Under the pieces are notes generated by a model. The model had not been told where the DNA came from, ran no database searches, and worked only from the letters and a program-made list of their open reading frames with translations. A stretch of 64,000 nucleotides of DNA from the NCBI GenBank assembly GCA_951406725.2, contig OX597830.1:61628001-61692000 (forward strand), read 5' to 3'. The translations under genes and the position numbers were made by a program. Below are positions 56,821 through 64,000 of the stretch, one piece after another (position 1 is the first letter of the stretch; each line of letters starts with the position of its first letter). The stretch comes from Octopus vulgaris (Eukaryota).

Positions 56821-56917
56821 CCACAACGATCGTTTCATGCCCATAACCTAATTCGAATAACAATAATTTAAATTCAATTAATAATTCGAATTATGGTTAT
56901 AGTCAATCTTCAGGTTA
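56821..56917 (-). ncRNA. Type I hammerhead motif with long helix II
   Basis: Minus strand AAC-CTGAAGA-tTGaCTATAACC...TAATTCGAAT...ATTCGAATTA-GGTTATGGgCAt-GAAA-CGATCG-TT-GTG. Confidence 0.75.
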
Positions 56918-58081
56918 ATAAATAATATTTAAATAAATAATCAAATATATTTAAACAATATTTTTTAAGAAATAAATAAAATAATAATTTTTCTTATAAA
57001 AGACTCTATTATCAAACTAGAAAACTTTAACGATTATGATTATGTCATACAATCGATTATAATGTTAAATATTTATTTTTAAGTATTAATTTTTAAGGTA
57101 AGAATAGATAGAAAATGTATTTATCTATTCATCAATGTATTTATCAATGGCGGTGCCCCAGCATGGCCACAGCTCATGAGCTGAAACTAGAATCAATCAA
57201 TCAATCAATCAGATATAATATGGCTTTAAAAAAACATTAAAAAATATAATAAACCCACAAATAATCTAATCTCAGTTATAGTCAATATTTAATTACCTAA
57301 ACATTTAACAAAAAAAAACCTCACTATTCATATTAAATTTAATTTCAAGTCAAATAATATTTGAATAATAACTAAATTATCAATGAATATATATAATTGT
57401 ATATAAATATAAGAATTAAGATCTAAAATTATCTATCAATAAATATATATGCACGTATAATAAAGACCTAATAAATTAATTATTCGTTATTACTTATAAA
57501 TATATTAAAATATAAAATATGAAAAAGCTAATTGTAAACAAACAAACTATCTTAAAAGAATGCTATACCTAATTAACGATCCATATATCTCATTGGCTAA
57601 TTAATAATTTACAAAAACCGTATAGTTAAGACCAAAAATGAAATAATAAAATACTTAATGAAATAATCAATCCGTAGTTATATAGTATTCAATATATACT
57701 ACGAATATATTTATCAAAGGAAAAAATACTACTATTCAATTGAATATATAAGTTATAATAACAATTTTTAAATATTTAAAATAACTATCAACAAATATAG
57801 TTATTAAAGACTAAAATTTATGCTATCAATACATGTATATACATGAAACCTAACTTTAAAAAAACTCGTATAACTGTTAACGATCTATATATCTCTTTGG
57901 CTAAGTAAAGTCTTATGAATAAACGTAGAGTTAAAATCTAATAATTATATAGAAAAAATTACGTTAACTAAATCATTAAATAACACTCAGTATTTATATA
58001 AAATACAAAATTATACAATAATACTTATTAAAATATTTAAATTTAAAAATTTAAAAATCTTAAATATAAATAGATACTTAG

Positions 58082-58590
58082 GTTTGCAACATCGGGCTAC
58101 AACAAGGTGCCTTAGATGCCAAGAAGCCTCCTATTGGGTTACAGCGAGTAGCCTTATATGTCAAGAACCCTCCTAAAGGTTCCTAATAACAGTGTTTTCT
58201 GCTGCTGTGCTATACTGGGTTTTATGCCTTTTTACCTCTCTCCATCTGTTCAGATCGTTAGGGATAGTTCCCAATGTACCTATGACTACTGGGATACATT
58301 TTACCCGCACTTTCCATAGTCTCTGTAATTCAATACCTAGGTGCTGATACTTTGCTATTTTTTCTATACTTCTCATATTAATTTTGTCATCATTTGGGAC
58401 TGTAAAGTCAGTTATCTAGCACTTTCTATTCTCTTTATCAACTATTACCAAATCAGGCCTTCTAGCTTCTATTACTCTACCACTGTGAATGTTAAAGTCC
58501 CACAAGATCTTGTATTTCTTACTTTCTAGTACTTTACTAGGTTCATGCTCATACCATTTATCAGTATTGTCAAATCCTAGCGTTATATCA
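58082..58590 (-). mobile_element. R4/Dong-like non-LTR element, restriction-like endonuclease C-terminus
   Basis: WYEHEPSKVLE...ILWDFNI...ARRPDLVIVDK...EKIAKYQHL...IPVVIGTLG. Confidence 0.85.
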
Positions 58591-58591
58591 T

Positions 58592-59170
58592 AGACATTGA
58601 TCAATCAAAAGCTTGGAGGCTGTCCTCGCAGAAATCAGTTTCGGTCCCGTTTTCAGAGGCTGGGTCACTGCAATGTACAGCAACATCTATTCGGTGATCA
58701 AACTAAACGACCGCCTATCGGAATCATTTAGCATCGCACGTTCGGTCCGTCAAGGATGCCTATTTTCGCTCCTTCTGCATGTACTGGCTTTTGAGTCATT
58801 ACAACGAAAACTGGATATTTCGAGGGCATCCCGCGTGAACTAGGATGCGGGAGGTTCGTGTCAGTTTATGCGGACGACGTCACCGTTATAGTGTCGGTTA
58901 TCTCAGGCATTGCCCTAGGGGATACGAAGCGGTGACAGAAGCAAAAATGAACCAGAAGGTGGGTCTGCAGGTCTGCACCAGGAGAGTCAGGTCCATGCCG
59001 ACTGACAGCGTCGTGGGACGCTGAACGGAAGGACCGGTTAAATTTCTCGGGGTCTGGTTTGGTCTGGACCTCCAGGTGGACAAGAGGCGGGAGGAGATGA
59101 CGAGCAGGGTGGTTAGTCTCACCTAGAAATGGGCCGAAAGAAAAGTTTTCATGAAGGATCGGGCGGAGGG
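58592..59170 (+). mobile_element. L1/Tx1-type RT fragment
   Basis: DQSK, RSVRQGCLFS, YADDVTV, KFLGVWF. Confidence 0.85.
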
Positions 59171-59631
59171 TCGTTGTTGACTATGCGCTTTCTCGATTGC
59201 GCCCCTTTCCATCTTATGATATTCCTAATATGGATCTTTGCAGGGCCCTATGCATCGTAGCAAATCGATGTTCTTCCCCTTTGTCACGTCACACTTGTGC
59301 ATAACAGCTCTCGCATGATGGTGCTATTCAAGGGTCTGGCACGTAAGGCCTTGTTCAGCTGTGCTTTGAACATATCATTTACCTAGGTAAATAGGTTTCC
59401 CTAAGGACTACGGTATAATTCATTCTTTTATTGGCCACAAGAGCTTACATAAAACAACTTAGAAAGACATAACAGGACGATACAACGGGTTTTAAAAACG
59501 TGTAAACAAAAATAACAATTAAAATTAAACAAATGAAATTCCTAATAAGGAGAGACGCTTTAAGTTTACTCGAGGAAAACCCCACAAAGGCCACGGGTGC
59601 TTGACGAACAAGGCAATAGCCCTTTTATTTT

Positions 59632-60235
59632 TCACAGGCGCATGCTCAAAATGGATACTTTCACACTGGCCATTCTTCCGACATTCACCCATCTTTCAAC
59701 AAATTTGTCAGAAGGCAACACTTCCCTCTCCACCCTCACGTTCCTTTTCAAGTGAAACTTGAAAAAGTTTATGAGGGTTTGGCCAAAGAGGACAGTGTCT
59801 GGCTGTAGCCCTTTCAAGCGTGTCCACCACACTACATCTTTCGCTACAGCCACCAGACAAAGAAAAATTGCCTGTCCCTCCCGGCCAAACGAGGACGGCG
59901 GGACAATCTTCACAATGGATTCAGCTGGTAGCCGGATCCGTCCTACAGGCGACAGCAGGTGTTCGACATAAACCCACAGGTCAGCAATGCTCGGGCACTG
60001 GACGAGTGCATGCAGAACGGTTTCATCGCTCTGCACGCACCTGGGGCAGGCTCGGCTGACGGCACTTCCGTGCCTATAAAGTTTATCCCGAACGGGCTGC
60101 ATCCCTCGATAGCACTGCCAGGCAAGGGATGTCTGGAAGTTGTCCATTAGCCCCGGCCCGAAAGTCCTCCTGAACAGACCGGTGAGTTGATCCTCGTCGA
60201 TGCCCACGTCATCGAACTACCACCGACCACATTGC
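59632..60235 (-). mobile_element. L1/Tx1-type ORF2 C-terminal zinc-knuckle region
   Basis: LAWQCYRG..PVRDKL...CPRC...ETVLHALVQC. Confidence 0.85.
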
Positions 60236-60518
60236 CCGCCTAGCGGAGGACTATTGAGCGCTTGACGGCACTCGAGGTGCCAAGCGCCCCTCCTCGGTCT
60301 ACGCCCAATCCAGGATAAGAACTACAGTATAATGGAATCATACATTCACTGTATCGCAGCTTATAGCACGAGCGAAAGAATACAGCCTGCCTCAGCGAAT
60401 CGCTTTCGTCGACTACGAAAAGGCCTTCCATAGCGTCGAGATAAAAGCAATGTTGAAAGCTCTGGAAATGTTAGGAGTCAAGTACTGACACACACCAAAG
60501 TACTGACACCAAAGTACT

Positions 60519-60566
<48 letters not shown>

Positions 60567-61891
60567 AACACACACACACGCATTCACACACACACACACA
60601 CACATTCACTCACTCACACACACACCTTTACATATATGCCTTATTCTCACACAGGTCCTTGTGTGTATGAAAACCAACGTATATATTTTATGCAAACACA
60701 TATTCATAAGAAAATACTGTAGCCGTATTAAGTCGAATCGGAGTCAACAAATCCCGTTATTATATCCACGTTTCCTCCTTCATCAATTTGTTTTTATTCC
60801 TTTTTTTCTTATCGTTTTCTTTTTTTTTTACGGTCAGTGTGCATCTAGAAAATGTTACCAAATAGGCCACCGTGTCTATAATTCTATCTTGCTCTATCAG
60901 TGTGTCAATCAGATCTATTTTAGATTCAATTTCCTTCTGTCTTCCCCCACTTTATTACCTTTTACTCTTGACTTTCCTCTCCGTGACTTATTTGCACACT
61001 CTTTTACTTTCCTCGTTCCGTGTCGCTCCACTTATCGCCCTGTTTAAATCTTAATTGTCAGATGCCGAGGATAAAACTTAATAAAGACATAGGTTATGCC
61101 TGACGAATAATGCAGATGATAAATCTCCTTTAAATTATATCGTGAGACTTTCTCGTGTCAACTTCACCATCACACACACACTGTTAGAGCCGCCTCTGCC
61201 CACCGCTCAAACTTCTAGAAGTAAGGTAACTCTACTATCACTGCTACTATTAGCACTATCATCAACGCCGCCGCCGCCGCCGCCACCACCACCACCACCA
61301 CCACTACCATCATTACTTCTACTACAACCTATAGTCCTAATAATAGCAACTGCCATTATTTCTACATTTACTATCATTACAAGCACATACGTTCACTCAA
61401 TTAATGAACCACTAAATTCAGTCGCATTTCCCTTTCCAAACGCTTGTTTTCCATTATCAATTTGACTCCGAGTATAGACTTTTGCCACTCACTAACACAA
61501 CCTCTAGATTTATTTTCACCCATCCAGTATGATTATGAATATTGCCATTTTTACTATTCAAATATTGCCTTCCTGTACACCTGCTGTTTTCATTATCTGT
61601 GTTATCAATAAATTATTAAGAGTAAATCTAGCCACTTACTGAAATAAGAAGCCTAAGTGTTTTTTTTTTGTTTTTTTTTGTTCCCTGCAAACATTCTCTG
61701 TCTATATTTAGTGATCATATATATATAAAGATTTCCAACAGTGTTCTAGGTCAATTAATGATCCTTGTGGAACTCATAGCTACAGAAATCGTCTCCTTAA
61801 GGAGTACTTACCGAATGTCTCAATGTAGAGCTATATTCTATTCATTTAATTATGTTTCACATAATCAGCTGCTAAAAACAACTACAAATTA

Positions 61892-62880
61892 CACTGGTCA
61901 ACACATATTTTCTGGAACAAAGTTTATGAATGGACTTTAGCTAATTTTGGGGTGTTGAATCCAAATTCGGCATCAGATTTTGTCTATCACATCAGATTTT
62001 TGAGACATAAAATCTCTTAGTTTTGTTAGAAACAGCTGTTTAATGTTCATAAAGGAAGAATTAAATATGCATTGATGTGCAATTTTTAATAGACAATGTC
62101 TTTTGTTTTATCTAATAAATCAAAACACAAAATTGTGGAAGTAAATGCACATTAGCATGTAAGAATTAAGGTTAGTTATAACAAAATATGAATCCAAAAT
62201 CTCTCATTATGCTCCAGCAATAACCTGCCATCATGTTTAAGTCCCATCAACCTTGAAAGCGTTCTTCGAATACTTTTACATCTTGATGAAAGTGTTCACC
62301 TTGATCTTCGCTAATATCACCCAGGTTCTCCGGAAACTCACCCTGTGTAAGTTATGCAATTTCATGTTCATTCAACAGCCAAGTGCTTGAGAACTCATGA
62401 GCTGTTCCTCCACAATCTCTTGTTAGTTGTCAGCTTTTCTGTTCCCAAGGAAACTCCACACCACAGAGAAGGCATTCCAAGCTCTAGCCTCCGCCGCACT
62501 CATTATTGTAACAACATGTGGATCCCTTAGGAGTGTTCTTATTTTGAGGTCCATCCAATATTCCTGTCTTCTATTCGTCACTGAAACTTGGAAAGGTTGT
62601 ACATATATATCTGAGGCAGTCTTGACTGTGATCAAGAGCTTTGATGAATTGTTTCCTCACACCAAGTTTCAACACAGGTTTTGCAAACTTTGTGGGAAGC
62701 CTAGGTTTTGTCCTGGTCTCCAAGTGTTACTTTAATGTAAGCAAGATACACCTTCTTGACAAAGTTATTTATGTTGCACCTTTGAGCCTGTGGAGTGAAG
62801 TTTCCACAGACGCAACAGAAGATATCGGGGTCATTACAGCACATCATTCTTTTTTATGTTGTACCTATAACTAGATCCCA
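61892..62880 (-). mobile_element. Chapaev3-like (CMC) DNA transposon 3' remnant
   Basis: FLGNRKADN, FPENLGDISEDQGEHFHQD, QG.W...GYCW; terminus CACTG; superfamily assignment from memory of the motif. Confidence 0.7.
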
Positions 62881-63039
62881 GTGGTTCAGTTCACACCTGA
62901 AAAGAAGAGGAAGGGCTTCGAAGTAAAACTCAGTTGGAACATATTCGAAATTAGCATGACAATCCAGCCAAAGTTCTCGGAAACAGTGGTGTAAAGTTAA
63001 CTTTTGATATGCTACAGGTAAATAAGTAGTAAATAGTAA

Positions 63040-64000
63040 ATAGTAGTAGTAGTAGTAGTAGTAGTAGAAGGCATCCGTCGGTCTCGAGAGGCCCTAGATG
63101 TGCGCCCGAAGAAATCGTGTCAGCTACTGATAGTGGTGCAGCGTCTATTGTGGAATGCCCACAGGAGAGTGGTAGTCACGCATACAGCGACTGCATTTGG
63201 AGTTCTCTGCCAGTGCTACTAGTTTTTCCTTCAGTTGAGTGCGCTTTTCTTTGGTGGCGAGTGACTGTTTTTCTTCCGCTTGCTTCATCCCCTTGTGCAG
63301 TATTTGTCTTCATTTCAAACCTCCTCCTATCTCAGAACATCCAGACCAAGTGATTTCGTATCCCTCTTACAGGTGTCCTTGAAACGAAGATGAAGTTGTC
63401 CTCATCCTCTTGTGCCGGTAACCAGTTCCCCATACAGGAGGTCTTTTGGGAAGACTTCCGTCCTGCATGCGATGCACTTGACCGAGCCAGCGCAAACGAA
63501 GTTGCTGAAACAGGATGAGTAAGCCTTTGTGAGGTCGATGAAGCTGATAAAGAGTGGTTGCCTTTGCTCTCGGTATTTCTGTCGCTGCCGAAGAGAGAAG
63601 AACGTGACGATGGTAAAGCGTTCTGATCTGAAACCGTACTGAGATTCGGGGTATACTCTCTCAACGATTTTCTGTTTAGTGCCACGTGGGCAAAGACTTT
63701 CCCAACGATGCTTAACAGCGGGATGCCTCGGTGATTTTTGCAGTCGCTTTTGTCCCCTTTTGCAGTCTCTCATGTCTTCTAGGACTGATCCCTCCTCCCA
63801 GAACTGACACAGTAGCTTCAGCAAGTGGCTAAGTAGAACTCTCCTTGCACATCTAAAGATCTCTGGGGGATGCCGTCCAAACCCGGTGCTTCTCCAGCGG
63901 GCAAGCTATCAATGGCGCTGCTCAGTTTTTCAGAAGTTGGCAGATCTTCCATGACCGGTAGATGTTCCACGGTGTCTAGCACAAAGTCCGAGATGCTGTT
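63040..64000 (-). mobile_element. RTE-clade LINE with internal deletion and (TAC)n tail
   Basis: PESQYGFRSER...FIDLTKAY joined directly to PKDLLYGEL; tail at 63040-63067. Confidence 0.9.

Overview
AT-rich, microsatellite-dense eukaryotic non-coding DNA. The SINE families and repeat landscape resemble a coleoid cephalopod such as Octopus (inference). I found no convincing host protein-coding gene; most ORFs in the track are translated microsatellites or SINEs. The window holds about 20 copies of two tRNA-derived SINE families, decayed mariner/maT, Helitron, hAT, pogo-like and Chapaev-like DNA elements, and CR1, RTE, L1/Tx1 and R4/Dong LINE fragments. The main hidden signal is a dense set of type I hammerhead ribozyme motifs: about 11 with complete CUGANGA/GAAA cores and about 10 degenerate, from several sequence-unrelated families. 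Most have palindromic helix III and some have a very long helix II. They lie in Penelope-like (GIY-YIG) 3' ends and in short non-coding fold-back elements that often abut (TA)n tracts, including the internal (TA)n of a SINE. Also notable are a 5'-truncated U6 snRNA copy fused between a hammerhead element and a retroposon 3' tail, and a tRNA-like cassette upstream of a hammerhead in a Penelope 3' region. All folds and alignments were done by eye; no ribozyme activity is demonstrated.
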